A DNA stretch of 64,000 bases from Vulcanimicrobiota bacterium (GTDB lineage: Bacteria; Vulcanimicrobiota; Vulcanimicrobiia; Vulcanimicrobiales; Vulcanimicrobiaceae). This document shows positions 29,038 through 39,217 of the stretch, piece by piece. Below the pieces are notes generated by a model. The model ran no database searches, was not told where the DNA came from, and worked only from the letters and a program-made list of their open reading frames with translations. The DNA lies in contig CAWETW010000001.1 in assembly GCA_963812155.1 (NCBI GenBank), positions 1-64,000 on the forward strand. Direction: 5' to 3'. Numbering within the stretch: the first letter of the stretch is position 1; the number at the start of each line of letters is the position of its first letter. A program made the position numbers and the translations under genes.

Positions 29038-30364
29038 TTGTTCGATCAACTCAGCGAGCGCCTAGCGCGCGATCTTCAAGCGGCTGGGCGGCCGCGGCCG
29101 CCTCACCGAAAGCGACGTCACCGAGGCGCTGCGCGAAGTGCGCGTCGCGCTGCTCGAGGCCGACGTCTCGCTCGGCGCAGCCAAGAACTTCGTCGCGGCG
29201 TCAAGGAGCGGGCGATCGGCGCCGACGTTCTCGAGTCGCTGACGCCGGCGCAGACGATCGTCAAGATCGTCCACGACGAACTCGTCGAGCTGCTCGGCGG
29301 CGCGCAAGCGCGCTTGCAGTTCTCCGACGCACCGCCGTCGGTGATCATGCTGGTCGGACTGCAGGGCTCCGGTAAGACGACGCAGGCCGGCAAGCTGGCG
29401 CTGCGCTTGAAGGAGCAAGGCCGCCGCACGCTTGCTCGTTGCCGCCGACGTCTACCGTCCGGCCGCGATCGAGCAGCTGCAAACGCTCGGCAAGCAGATC
29501 GACCTGCCGGTCTTCGACGGGCGACGCGAAGATCCGGTCGAAGATCGCGCGCGACGGCGTCGCGGAAGCCAAGCGCCTCGGTCTCTCGACGGTCATCATC
29601 GATACGGCCGGCCGGCTGCAGATCGACGACGAGCTCATGGACGAGCTCGAGCGCGATCAAAGCGGCCATCAATCCGAAGGAGATTCTGCTCGTCGCCGAC
29701 GCGATGACCGGGCAAGAGGCGACCAGCGTCGCCAAAGGCTTCAACGAGCGTCTCGGCATCACGGGCGTGATTCTCACGAAGATGGACGGCGATACGCGCG
29801 GCGGCGCGGCGCTTGTCGATTCAGCCGAAACCGGCGCGCCGATCAAGTTCGTCGGCGTCGGCGAGAAGCTCTCGGCGCTCGAGCCGTTCTATCCGGACCG
29901 CCTCGCCTCGCGCATTCTCGGCATGGGCGACGTGCTCACGCTCATCGAGAAAACGCAGACCGTCTACTCGCAAGATCAGGCGAAGCAACTCGAGCAGAAG
30001 CTGCGCAAGCAGGGCTTCACGCTCGACGACTTCCTCGACCAGATGCGCAGATGCGCAAGATCGGCTCGATGACCGACATCATGAAGATGATTCCCGGCCT
30101 CTCGAGCCGTTGCCGAAAGACTTCGAGATCCCCGAAACGGACGTCGCGAAGATCGAAGCGATCATCTGCTCGATGACGCGGCGCGAACGCCGTAATCCGG
30201 ATCTGCTCAACGGTTCGCGCCGCAAGCGAATTGCGATGGGCTCCGGCACGCAAGTTTCCGACGTCAACCGGCTCGTCAAACAGTTCGAGCAGTCGCGTCA
30301 GATGATGAAACAGTTCGGCGGAAAGAGACGGCGATTGCCGGCAATTCCCGCGGGTCTGCGATAG
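29038..30364 (+). CDS. ffh: Signal recognition particle protein, multiple frameshifts
   Basis: [54 protein letters not shown]. Confidence 0.95.
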
Positions 30365-30385
30365 CACCCCCCATGAAAGACGAAA

Positions 30386-30682
30386 ATGGTAAAAATCAGA
30401 CTGCGCCGCATGGGCGCGAAGAAACAGCCGACGTACCGCTTCGTCGTCGCCGACGCGCGCGCGCCGCGCGATGGCCGGTTCATCGAAATCCTCGGCCACT
30501 ACAATCCGCGCACGGAACCGAGCACCGTCGAAGTCAACGAAACGAAAGCGAAGGAGTGGCTCGCCAAGGGCGCACAGCCGTCGGTGACGGTGCGCCGTCT
30601 GTTTGCCGAAAAGGGCATCATGGAGCGCGGCCCGATTCCTGAGACCAAACGCAAGCCGAAGTCCGAAAAAGGCGGCTCGTAG
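30386..30682 (+). CDS. rpsP: 30S ribosomal protein S16
   Basis: [13 protein letters not shown]...[15 protein letters not shown]. Confidence 0.98.
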   Translation: MVKIRLRRMGAKKQPTYRFVVADARAPRDGRFIEILGHYNPRTEPSTVEVNETKAKEWLAKGAQPSVTVRRLFAEKGIMERGPIPETKRKPKSEKGGS

Positions 30683-31180
30683 ATGAGCGCGTTCGACGAC
30701 GAATTCGGATTATTCGGCGAAGAGTCGGTCGAGGTCGAACGCCGGCCGACGCTCGGTGCGCGCAAGATCGCGGCGAACGAAACGGTGATCGACGAGATCG
30801 AACTCGAGGACGGCCAGCGACCGGTTCGGCGCGATCGCCCTCCGAGGCGCGAACACGATCGGCCGCGGCACACGAACCGCACGCCGGGCGATCCGTGGGC
30901 GGGGCACCGGCGCGCGAGCGCGCTGCTGGGCTTCGTCGCGCGCAAGCTCGTGGCGGATGCGGAATCGGTTGCGGTCGAGCTGTTCGTCGACGAACAAGCG
31001 CAGCCGGTGATCGAATTGGTCGTCGCTCCCGACGATCTCGGCAAGGTCATCGGGCGAAGTGGACGCGTCGCGCACGCGCTGCGCACGCTGGTCCGCGCGA
31101 CGGCCGAAGGACGCGTTTCGGTCGACATCCTCGACAGCGAAGAGGCGGCGGAAGCGCCCGAAGGGGACGACCGCGGCTGA
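30683..31180 (+). CDS. khpA: KH-domain RNA-binding protein KhpA with N-terminal extension
   Basis: DDLGKVIGRSGRVAHALRTLV; located between rpsP and rimM. Confidence 0.85.
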   Translation: MSAFDDEFGLFGEESVEVERRPTLGARKIAANETVIDEIELEDGQRPVRRDRPPRREHDRPRHTNRTPGDPWAGHRRASALLGFVARKLVADAESVAVELFVDEQAQPVIELVVAPDDLGKVIGRSGRVAHALRTLVRATAEGRVSVDILDSEEAAEAPEGDDRG

Positions 31181-31685
31181 AGGCACGCGCCACCCCGTCG
31201 GACGTATCGCCGGCGCGTTCGGCGTAACCGGTGAGATGAAGTGCGACCCGACTAGTTCGGGTCGCTCCGTCTTTGAGCCCGGCGCGCAACTCGACGCGGA
31301 ACGTGACGGCGTCACGTTGACGTTGCGCTTAACCGCAGTTCGTCAGCACAAGGGGCGGCTGTTGATTCGCGCGGAGCGCGTCGAGGACGCCGATGCGGCC
31401 AAAGCGCTCGCGGGTGCGGTTCTTTTCGCGCCCCGCGAACGATTGGAGGTCGGAGCCGACGAGCATCTCGACGCCGATCTCATTGGATGCCGCGTGCTGG
31501 GCGTGGACGGAACGGATTACGGCACGGTAAGTGCCGTCGAGCACTACCCGGCCAGCGACATGCTCGTCGTCGGCAAAGCGCTCGTCCCGATGGTTCGTGC
31601 GATCGTACGCGAAATCGATACCTCCGCGCGCCGAATCCTCATCGATCCACCTCTCGGTTTATTCGACGACGCAACGTTACCGTGA
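31167..31685 (+). CDS. rimM: Ribosome maturation factor RimM (start uncertain)
   Basis: VGRIAGAFGVTGE, DLIGCRV, PASDMLVV, IDPPLGL. Confidence 0.9.
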   Translation, partial: TTAAEGTRHPVGRIAGAFGVTGEMKCDPTSSGRSVFEPGAQLDAERDGVTLTLRLTAVRQHKGRLLIRAERVEDADAAKALAGAVLFAPRERLEVGADEHLDADLIGCRVLGVDGTDYGTVSAVEHYPASDMLVVGKALVPMVRAIVREIDTSARRILIDPPLGLFDDATLP

Positions 31686-32624
31686 AACGGTGAAGGCGTT
31701 GAATTGCGTGCCTGCGAACGTCTTGGTCGGCAACCCTCCGGCAGGATAGTTCCAGTAAGCGAACTGGTTACGATTGTCCGGCTGGGCGACCACGGTGGCC
31801 CCTTGTATCCAAAACTGATACGCGAGTGGAGCGGCGTTCTCAAGCGACGTCGTGCCGACGAGCGTCCCTTTGCGGTTCGAAACCTTAAATCGATAGATCT
31901 GGAACGAGCTGCCGTCGGCAACTGCGACGTGGCTCCCGTCCCACTGCACTCCTCCCGGCCCGGAAATGGCATGATTGAGCGTCACGGCGACAAAGCCCGA
32001 AGCGCCTTTCGGCAGTTCGTAAAAGACAAAATCGTTGCTTGCGCTGATGCCGTCGACGTAAAGATTGCCGTTTGCATCGTACGTGCAAAAGAAGAAGTGC
32101 GCGTCGCGCGTGACTTTATACGTCACGGGCGGATACTTCGGCGCGGCGGGAAAAACGACCACGTTTCCGGGATTGCGATTGCTCGTGCCGCCGCCATACG
32201 TCGCTACCGCTAGGTCGCCGCTCGCCGGGTCGACGGAACATCCGCGAGGATTGTTGCCCGCGCCATTGATGGCCGCAAACGGTGTCGTCGCGCCGTGGGC
32301 AAACTCGACGACCTCGGTTTCGTGGTCGCTGTATCGCGACGTGGTAAGCCAAACGTTTCCCTTGACGTCCGAGCACACTCCACCGACTTCCGCTTGCAGC
32401 GTCAGTTGGCCGGCCGGCATGCCGCCGGGAAACGAAAACATCTCCGCGCCGTCTTCAGCAGTGGCGTACAGCAGACTATGGCGGTTTGGAGCAGATCGGA
32501 AGCCCAAAGACGCGGACGACCTCGCGAGAGGCGTGCTCGACGCGGAACCCGCTCCGCCACATGCCGCAAGCGGCCCACATGTGGCGGCAGTAAGTGCGAA
32601 CGACAGGAACGATCGTCCGGTCAT
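31677..32624 (-). CDS. Secreted beta-propeller lipoprotein
   Basis: Lipobox LAAC; repeats CSDVKGNVWL, CSVDPASGDLAV, CTYDANGNLYV. Confidence 0.75.
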   Translation of the reverse strand: MTGRSFLSFALTAATCGPLAACGGAGSASSTPLARSSASLGFRSAPNRHSLLYATAEDGAEMFSFPGGMPAGQLTLQAEVGGVCSDVKGNVWLTTSRYSDHETEVVEFAHGATTPFAAINGAGNNPRGCSVDPASGDLAVATYGGGTSNRNPGNVVVFPAAPKYPPVTYKVTRDAHFFFCTYDANGNLYVDGISASNDFVFYELPKGASGFVAVTLNHAISGPGGVQWDGSHVAVADGSSFQIYRFKVSNRKGTLVGTTSLENAAPLAYQFWIQGATVVAQPDNRNQFAYWNYPAGGLPTKTFAGTQFNAFTVSR

Positions 32625-33622
32625 TTTGAGAATACCGCGATGCTTTGGCCCGGACCCCAAACGTTGGAAAACGAGCGTCTCTCTTCGGCGCCGAGCGTGG
32701 CGGTTTTCGGATCGTATTCGTAGATGTGGACGGTAGCGACCGGATAAGAGTTGAGCGCGAAGAATTCGCGCTCGTGCGACGCTAGTCCAACTCCGCCGTA
32801 TTCGCCCGGGCCCGACGGATAAAAGAGCTTCGGAACGCCGGAACCGTGCGGAAAGACGGCAATCGAATCGTTAAAACTCCCCTTATATCCGTCAATGCTG
32901 GTGAGGAGGTCGCCGTTGCGATCCGAGACCAGATAAAACGTGCCTGAAGATTTGCCCAGATTGGCAAAGAGGTGCGCGTGCGTGGAACCGCTGGAAAACT
33001 CGTCGATTGAACCCGTATACGTCGAAGGGGACGACCAAACATCGAAGACGTCGCCCTGCGGGTCGGCGACGAGACCCAAGATGCCATTACCGAAACGCTT
33101 GGCCCGTTCGTCGACGAGCGTTCGCAGAGGCTTCGGGCAAACGTTGCCTTTTGGAAGCGGCTCGGCGTACTCCGCAATCGATGCGCCTTCTCGGGAGAGA
33201 TACAACTTTCCGTTCCTGAGTGCGAGCGTGCCGGCGTGCGGATGCAGCAGACAGGTTGTGCTTGGAACGGTGGAACCGGGAGGAAACTGATAGAGCTTTC
33301 CGTCCCCGTTGTAAAAGAATTTCTCCGCAAAGAGATCGTTCTGCGCATCGACTGCGAGCAATCCAAAGCCCGTGTTACCCTCCGGCCGTATCGTATAGAG
33401 CGGCGACGGAGTCGGCCCGGCCGCTTGTGCGTCAAAAACCTGAATGTAAGGGGCTCGCGACTGTGGTTTACCGCCGAGCGTGTACAGCAGGTTGGGCGGC
33501 AGCGTTCGACCGGCGGTTACGGGAGCACCCGACGTCCCGAGTGAGTGGGGTGCCTTCGCGAAGGGAATCGCGGCGCTGCAGCCGGCGAGAAGCACGAGGG
33601 CGAAGGCGAGCCGCTGTATCAA
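32621..33622 (-). CDS. Secreted beta-propeller lipoprotein
   Basis: Lipobox LLAGC; LAVDAQNDLF, LVADPQGDVF, LVSDRNGDLL repeats. Confidence 0.72.
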   Translation of the reverse strand: MIQRLAFALVLLAGCSAAIPFAKAPHSLGTSGAPVTAGRTLPPNLLYTLGGKPQSRAPYIQVFDAQAAGPTPSPLYTIRPEGNTGFGLLAVDAQNDLFAEKFFYNGDGKLYQFPPGSTVPSTTCLLHPHAGTLALRNGKLYLSREGASIAEYAEPLPKGNVCPKPLRTLVDERAKRFGNGILGLVADPQGDVFDVWSSPSTYTGSIDEFSSGSTHAHLFANLGKSSGTFYLVSDRNGDLLTSIDGYKGSFNDSIAVFPHGSGVPKLFYPSGPGEYGGVGLASHEREFFALNSYPVATVHIYEYDPKTATLGAEERRSFSNVWGPGQSIAVFSK

Positions 33623-34641
33623 CTGTTATTCGGATGGGCGGTCGCGTAGCTGGTTACAGCGGCGTCCACGGCACTTTTATACGTGGAGCCCTTGCCGACG
33701 GCGTGATCGAGCTCGGCCCCGAAGCAGGTGTAGATCGAAAGCGTGAAGACGATTTCGGCGCGGCCGTGCTTGGGAACGTTCTGAGCGAGCGTTCCTCCGG
33801 CGATGGTGTTATTGCGATTCGCGCCGCAGATCGAATCGGCTTGCGCTATGGTTGAGCCCGGCGGCGCCATCGCTACGCGATAGTGGCGCTGCATCGAGAA
33901 AAAGAGTTCGTTGGTTGCGTTGGTGAGATCGGCCGCCGCAAACGGGGCGGTTGCCGTGATCGGCGCGACGATGACACCGCGGTCGGGCTTCACCAGCGGC
34001 GTAGGAGAGGGGCCGGCCGCGCCTTTGTGGTGGAAAACCGAATCGACGATGCTCCCGATGCCGTGAATCTGCATTTGAGCGCCGTTGGTGGAGCTTGGCG
34101 CGGGCGTGTTGGCCGACTGCGTCTGGATGTTCTGCGTTCCGCGACCGACGAACGCGAGAATCTGCGCGCGCGCCAGCAGCGATTGCGATGCCACGTCGGC
34201 GACGCTCTGTACCTGCGCGGTCTGCGAGAAAAGAATGACGCCGCTATCGACGCTGACGACTTGCTCGACGACGGCGGCCGTGTCGCCGACGGGCGTCACG
34301 TAACCGCTAATGTAGAAGTCGGCCTTCTGCGTGCGCGCGGTCTCGAGAAAATCGGTTCGCTTGACGCCGGTGGGGACCGCAAGAACGTTCAGGCCGCCGG
34401 CAGCGGACATCTCCTGTGCCAGGATCGACGCGATCGCGAAGCCGATTTTTGCGTCGACGCCGGTCTGAACGTCGAACGGGTAGATGAGTACGGTCGCCGT
34501 TGCGGCGCTGTTCGGCGCGACGAACGGTGTCGGAGAAACTCTGGGGGCGGGCGTCGCGGGCGTCGGCGTAGGCGGTGCGGCCGCAGCCGACAGTGCCGTC
34601 GCCGCAAGCAAGAGTGCAATCGTCCCTAGAAGCCGCCGCAC
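33619..34641 (-). CDS. Secreted hypothetical protein (possible TolB-N/CsgG-like fold)
   Basis: Signal peptide, Pro/Thr linker, VLIYPF...ADFYISG...VSVDSGVILFS pattern. Confidence 0.6.
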   Translation of the reverse strand: MRRLLGTIALLLAATALSAAAAPPTPTPATPAPRVSPTPFVAPNSAATATVLIYPFDVQTGVDAKIGFAIASILAQEMSAAGGLNVLAVPTGVKRTDFLETARTQKADFYISGYVTPVGDTAAVVEQVVSVDSGVILFSQTAQVQSVADVASQSLLARAQILAFVGRGTQNIQTQSANTPAPSSTNGAQMQIHGIGSIVDSVFHHKGAAGPSPTPLVKPDRGVIVAPITATAPFAAADLTNATNELFFSMQRHYRVAMAPPGSTIAQADSICGANRNNTIAGGTLAQNVPKHGRAEIVFTLSIYTCFGAELDHAVGKGSTYKSAVDAAVTSYATAHPNNS

Positions 34642-34699
34642 GAACCGTCCTTTCGAGAATCCATCCGGCCGCTATTCGCTGAGCCGGCTGGCGTATCCG

Positions 34700-35491
34700 T
34701 CAGCGCCGCGAGCTCGACGCCGCGCCGTATTCCGCGCCGAAGAGAAAAATCGAGCCGATGAAGTAAAACCAGAGGAGCAGAACGAGCGGCGCGGTGAGGG
34801 CGCCGTAGATGCGTGTAAAGTCGACGTGCGTGACGTACTGCGCGAAGGCCACTTGCACGACCGGCCACGCCACGGCGACGACGCCGGCGCCGCGAAACGC
34901 GTAGCCCCACGTGACGGAACGGTTGGGCAGCCAGCGATAGAGTACGACCGTCACGATGAAAACGAGTGCCATCGAAACGGCGTAGGCCAGCACGTGCGAG
35001 ATTGCATCGGGCTCGGCAACGCCGCCGATGCGGGCAACGACCGAGAACAGTGCGGGCAGCGCGATCGCGACGATCAGCGCGACGCCGACGACCGGCAACA
35101 TGACGATCGACAGGGCCACGTTATGGACGAGCGGGCGCCCTTTGGGAACGCCCAGCGCGCGATCGAGCGCGAATGCAAGCGCCATGAAGAGGTTCTTCCC
35201 CGACCATAGCAGGACGAGCAGCGCAATCGCGCTGGAGATGCCGCGTCCGTAGATGTACGTTTCGAGGTTCGCGGCGACGTAGTCGTGCAGCGTCGGCGAG
35301 AACGTGTCGAAGAAGGCGAGCATGCGATGCTGGGCCGAGGGCAACACGAGGGTCGCCGCGCTCAGCACCAGGACGCAGAGCGGAAACATCGCAAACAGCG
35401 CATTGAAGGCGATCGCTTGCGCGAGAAAAGCGCAGCCATCGCGGGAGAAGCGCAGCACGGCGTCGCGAAAGGCGGAAATGAATCGCCCCAT
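34700..35491 (-). CDS. YihY/BrkB family membrane protein
   Basis: AIAFNALFAMFP, YRWLP, IYGALTAPLVLLLWFY, GAE. Confidence 0.9.
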   Translation of the reverse strand: MGRFISAFRDAVLRFSRDGCAFLAQAIAFNALFAMFPLCVLVLSAATLVLPSAQHRMLAFFDTFSPTLHDYVAANLETYIYGRGISSAIALLVLLWSGKNLFMALAFALDRALGVPKGRPLVHNVALSIVMLPVVGVALIVAIALPALFSVVARIGGVAEPDAISHVLAYAVSMALVFIVTVVLYRWLPNRSVTWGYAFRGAGVVAVAWPVVQVAFAQYVTHVDFTRIYGALTAPLVLLLWFYFIGSIFLFGAEYGAASSSRR

Positions 35492-35513
35492 TCGACGCGG
35501 TATATCGTGCCGG

Positions 35514-35981
35514 GTGCTCGTATTCCCACCGGCTGCGGCGGTGACGGTGGCGCTCGACGGCCGTCCGGTAGCCGCGTACGTTCGAGCGCAGCTCGCAGGC
35601 GGTCGCGTTTACGCTCCATTGAGCCTGCTGCGAACGCTGGTCGACCGTTTATGGATCGAAGGCGGTGCGGTGTTCGTCGAGAGCGCCGGGCGGCGCGCTC
35701 GCGTTCCGCTCGAGGTGCGATTTTCCGACGACGGCGTCATCGGCGTGGAAGTGGCTCCCGTTTTGCGCGCGTTGGGCGACTCCGTGTACTATTGGGCGCC
35801 GTCGCGCACCCTAGAAGTACGCACGCCGCCGCCGCTGCCGGTGGCGCCGGGCCAACCGTTGCAAACAACGGTCGCTCCGCGCGAAGTCTTCACGCCGGAG
35901 CCGCGCGCAACCGTGCGGCCGGTGTGGAGCGGATCGCCGCAGCCGAGGCGAACGCCGCTGCCGGCGCCCCCATCAGGTTAA
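35514..35981 (+). CDS. Hypothetical protein with copper-amine-oxidase N-terminal-like domain
   Basis: VALDGRP...GRVYAPL...LRALGDSVYY pattern; TATCGT -10 box just before the GTG. Confidence 0.55.
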   Translation: MLVFPPAAAVTVALDGRPVAAYVRAQLAGGRVYAPLSLLRTLVDRLWIEGGAVFVESAGRRARVPLEVRFSDDGVIGVEVAPVLRALGDSVYYWAPSRTLEVRTPPPLPVAPGQPLQTTVAPREVFTPEPRATVRPVWSGSPQPRRTPLPAPPSG

Positions 35982-36949
35982 CGAGGCGGCGCCGAAACGA
36001 GGTCTTGCGCGAGAACGAAGGTAATGCCGTCGGCTTGCAGTTCCGGAATCATCGCGCGCACGGCTGCGAGCGTCGTAGGGCGCGGATGCCCAATTGCAAT
36101 CGCGCTTCCGGTACGTCGCGCAATTGCGGCAGCCTCGCGTAACTGGGCTTCGGTATACGCGACCGACTCTTGGTTGTCGAGAAAGACGTCGCGTGCTGCG
36201 GTTGGAACGCCCGCCGCTTGGGCCGTCTGCTCGCCGAGCGACGATGGGCTCGTTCGTGAATCGATGAAGAAGAGATCGCCACGCTTGGCCAACACGCCGA
36301 TGACGTCGTGCATCACGCGTGAATCGGCAGAACCCTTGCTACCCTCGTGATTGTTCACGCCGCGCGCCAACGGCACTTGATCGAGATCGCTCTCCACTTG
36401 CGTCGTGATTTGCGCGTCGGACATTTCGGTCGTAACCTTTCCAGGGCCCGGATTCAGGCCGGAAATCGTCTCCATCGGAAGATGAAGCATGACGCCTTTT
36501 CCCGCGTCGGCCGCTTCGCGCGCAATCGTCCCGGTATAGTGCACGTCCGGCAGCACCGAAACCGTCAGCGGGACGTCGAGCGCGACGAAACCGCGCTCGG
36601 TATCGATCCACTGCCCGCAATCATCAACGATTAAGGCGAGGCGCGGGCCGCCGGATGCACCCGCAGCGGGTGTCACGCGCTGCAGCGGTGATGGGGACGG
36701 GGAGGGTATCGCCGGCGATTCGCTGGGAACGGCGGACGGCGCTTCGGTGAGCGCCGGCACCGGCGTCTCTTCCACTGCCGGCGACGGCGGCGCAATACTC
36801 TCCTGCGCCTGGCTACCAACGACGGTTTGCGTGGGCGGATGCTTGGCACGCGGGGCGAGCAGCCACCAGGCGGCTACGACCGCAAATGCAAGCACTGCAA
36901 GCAATCCAAGCGGCGACCGCCCGCGGCGCGCACGCGACGATTTCGGCAC
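35978..36949 (-). CDS. Divergent polysaccharide deacetylase (YibQ family)
   Basis: ALIVDDCG, LHLPME, GVNNHEGS, FIDSRT, RDVFLD, AIAIGHP. Confidence 0.92.
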   Translation of the reverse strand: MPKSSRARRGRSPLGLLAVLAFAVVAAWWLLAPRAKHPPTQTVVGSQAQESIAPPSPAVEETPVPALTEAPSAVPSESPAIPSPSPSPLQRVTPAAGASGGPRLALIVDDCGQWIDTERGFVALDVPLTVSVLPDVHYTGTIAREAADAGKGVMLHLPMETISGLNPGPGKVTTEMSDAQITTQVESDLDQVPLARGVNNHEGSKGSADSRVMHDVIGVLAKRGDLFFIDSRTSPSSLGEQTAQAAGVPTAARDVFLDNQESVAYTEAQLREAAAIARRTGSAIAIGHPRPTTLAAVRAMIPELQADGITFVLAQDLVSAPPR

Positions 36950-37029
36950 GAGCGCTCATTCGGCGCCCTCGCATGCCTTCATCCCGCGGCGCGAAGGAGA
37001 GCGCGACGGAGCGCAGCAAAGCGGGTCGT

Positions 37030-37920
37030 GTGAAATCCATCTGGGCCATCGTCTTCGCATCGTTCGTCGCGGTTGCGTTTGTGGGGGCGCCCCGCGAACC
37101 AGTCGCGGCGAGCCCAGCGGCGACACCCGTTCCGCTGCCCTCTCCCGATCGTTTACTCTATCTCATCCGGCGACAATTCCGTTCGCATCGTCCGCCGCCG
37201 CCGTTCGTGACGTATACGTTGATTCGCAAACAAACGCTCGACGACGGCTTCCCCGATTTGGTGAACAGTTACACCTACCATGTTTGGTGCCGCACCTACG
37301 ATCGCGCGGCGCTCGGGCGCAAAGTCTACCGCGGCTCCGCTCGCGGAACGCTGGAGTTCTTGCGGCCCTCATTCAACGAGCCGTGGGACCCCGGGCCGCC
37401 GACCGCCGATTTGTTCGAATCGGCGCCCGTGAGACCCCACACGAACCCGCAAACCTTCGTACCGACGCCTGAACCCACCGGCAGCGTGCCGCCCCTGATC
37501 GCGAGCGTCAGCGTCATGGGCGAGTTCGACTATCGCATCACCAACATCGCCACGCAGGGAAGCGTCACGCACGTATCGCTGGTGCCGCGCCGCGACCCCG
37601 ATCGCAATCGCCTGCGCGAACTTTTCGTCGACTCGAAGACCTTGGAACTGCAACAAGTCGTCGCTACCGATAAACTCTACGACGAGGACAGCCACCACGT
37701 GTATCCGATGATGTTTACCGTGACGATGGGTTCGCTGCAGGGCATTCCGGTCGTAACGCACATTCACGGAACGCCGACGTTAGAAAGCGATGCCGACTAT
37801 CTCGGAAAGGATGCGACGGTCGATTACGATTTCAACGACGTCGTCTTCCCTGCGGCGCTCCCGGCGTGGTTTTTCGAACCGCGTTCGTACGCATCGCACG
37901 TAGACGATCCGCCCAGCTGA
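37030..37920 (+). CDS. Secreted hypothetical protein
   Basis: Signal peptide and a long clean ORF with coding-like composition. Confidence 0.65.
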   Translation: MKSIWAIVFASFVAVAFVGAPREPVAASPAATPVPLPSPDRLLYLIRRQFRSHRPPPPFVTYTLIRKQTLDDGFPDLVNSYTYHVWCRTYDRAALGRKVYRGSARGTLEFLRPSFNEPWDPGPPTADLFESAPVRPHTNPQTFVPTPEPTGSVPPLIASVSVMGEFDYRITNIATQGSVTHVSLVPRRDPDRNRLRELFVDSKTLELQQVVATDKLYDEDSHHVYPMMFTVTMGSLQGIPVVTHIHGTPTLESDADYLGKDATVDYDFNDVVFPAALPAWFFEPRSYASHVDDPPS

Positions 37921-37938
37921 CGCGCAAAAACCCGATCG

Positions 37939-38548
37939 ATGCCGCTGCAAAATCGGGTAACGCCGTTCGGGGAAGTCGTCGCGCTGCCCGGGCGTGGGAC
38001 GATCATGGGAAACCGCGGTATCCTGCACGACGATGCGCGGCGCGTCGTGCGTCAATTTCAAGTGCGGCGCTGGATTGCGTGCCGTTTAGAGTGGCGCGGT
38101 CGCAAGCGCGCCGGTCATGGCGCCGCACCGCTACACCGAGTTGTTCTTCCTCGACGAAGCTGCGGCGTTCGCCGCCGGGCATCGTCCGTGTGCCGAGTGC
38201 CGGCGCGAAGACTACCGTTCGTTTTGCCGGCTGTGGGAAGGGTCGCGGTGCGGAGTGCCCGCCGCAGATGCGATCGATCTCGCGTTGCACGCGGAACGGT
38301 TGGACGGCCGCCGTAAACGGACGCATCGCGCTGCGTTCGCCGGTTTGCCGGACGGAACGTACGTCGCACCGGACGGACGGCCGTGGCTGGTGTGGGGCGA
38401 CGCGTTGCGCCTGTGGTCGGGGAACGCTTACGTCGAAACGGCGGCGCGTCCGCATGCCGGCGATGTGGAGGTGCTGACTCCGCCCTCAATCGTGCGCGTG
38501 TTTTCCGCCGGGTACCGTCCGGCCATTCATGTCAGCGCGCCGGCATAA
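37939..38548 (+). CDS. Conserved hypothetical protein (MPLQNRVTP family), frameshifted near 38110
   Basis: MGNRGILH, WIACRL, YTELFFLDEA, AGHRPCAECRR, LTPPS. Confidence 0.8.
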
Positions 38549-38593
38549 GTCCGCATGAGGTAGTCGCACCGGCTCGCGGCGGTATCGGCAGGC

Positions 38594-39217
38594 ATGACCT
38601 GGAGTGCGGTGCTCGATATCGTCTTTCCGCCGCAATGCGCCGGGTGCAACGCGCTCGGCAGCGGCTTGTGCCGCGTCTGCGCGCCACTTTCCGGTACCGC
38701 GATCCGTCTGGGTCTTCCGCACGTTGACGTCAGGGCGTACGGCAGGTATGAAGGCGTCGTGCGTTCGGCGATCTTGGCGTTAAAAGACGGACGGCGCGAC
38801 GTGGCCGACGCGCTGGGAGAACGCATCGCGCCGCTCGTCGCATCGCAAGCGTTGCTCGTTCCGGTGCCCACGACTGCGAGGCGCATTCGCGTGCGCGGCA
38901 TGGATGGCGTCGCGCTGCTCGCGTGCCGCGCGGCAGAGATTGCCGGGGCAACGGTCGTCGCGGCGATGCGCCAGCGGGCGGGGGACGCGCAGCGCGGGCG
39001 AACTCGCGAGGAACGTCTGGCCGCGCGCGGACGCTTCGTCTGCGACGCATCGCTGATCGCACGCCGCCGCGTCGTGTTGATCGACGACGTCTGCACGACG
39101 GGCGCAACGCTCGCCGATTGCCGCCAGGCGGTCGTCGATTCAGGCGGATTCGTCGCAGGGGCCGTGGTTGCGGCCGCGACGAAAAGCGGGGCCTCGTGGA
39201 TGTCCCTGCCCGACTGA
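38594..39217 (+). CDS. comF: ComF-family phosphoribosyltransferase
   Basis: N-terminal CAGC...LCRVC and PRPP motif LIDDVCTTGAT. Confidence 0.88.
   Translation: MTWSAVLDIVFPPQCAGCNALGSGLCRVCAPLSGTAIRLGLPHVDVRAYGRYEGVVRSAILALKDGRRDVADALGERIAPLVASQALLVPVPTTARRIRVRGMDGVALLACRAAEIAGATVVAAMRQRAGDAQRGRTREERLAARGRFVCDASLIARRRVVLIDDVCTTGATLADCRQAVVDSGGFVAGAVVAAATKSGASWMSLPD

Noticed and set aside
26028..30364. fab/acpP/ffh as true pseudogenes or programmed frameshifts
   Set aside because: Essential genes with intact motifs and scattered single-base indels; sequencing error is far more likely
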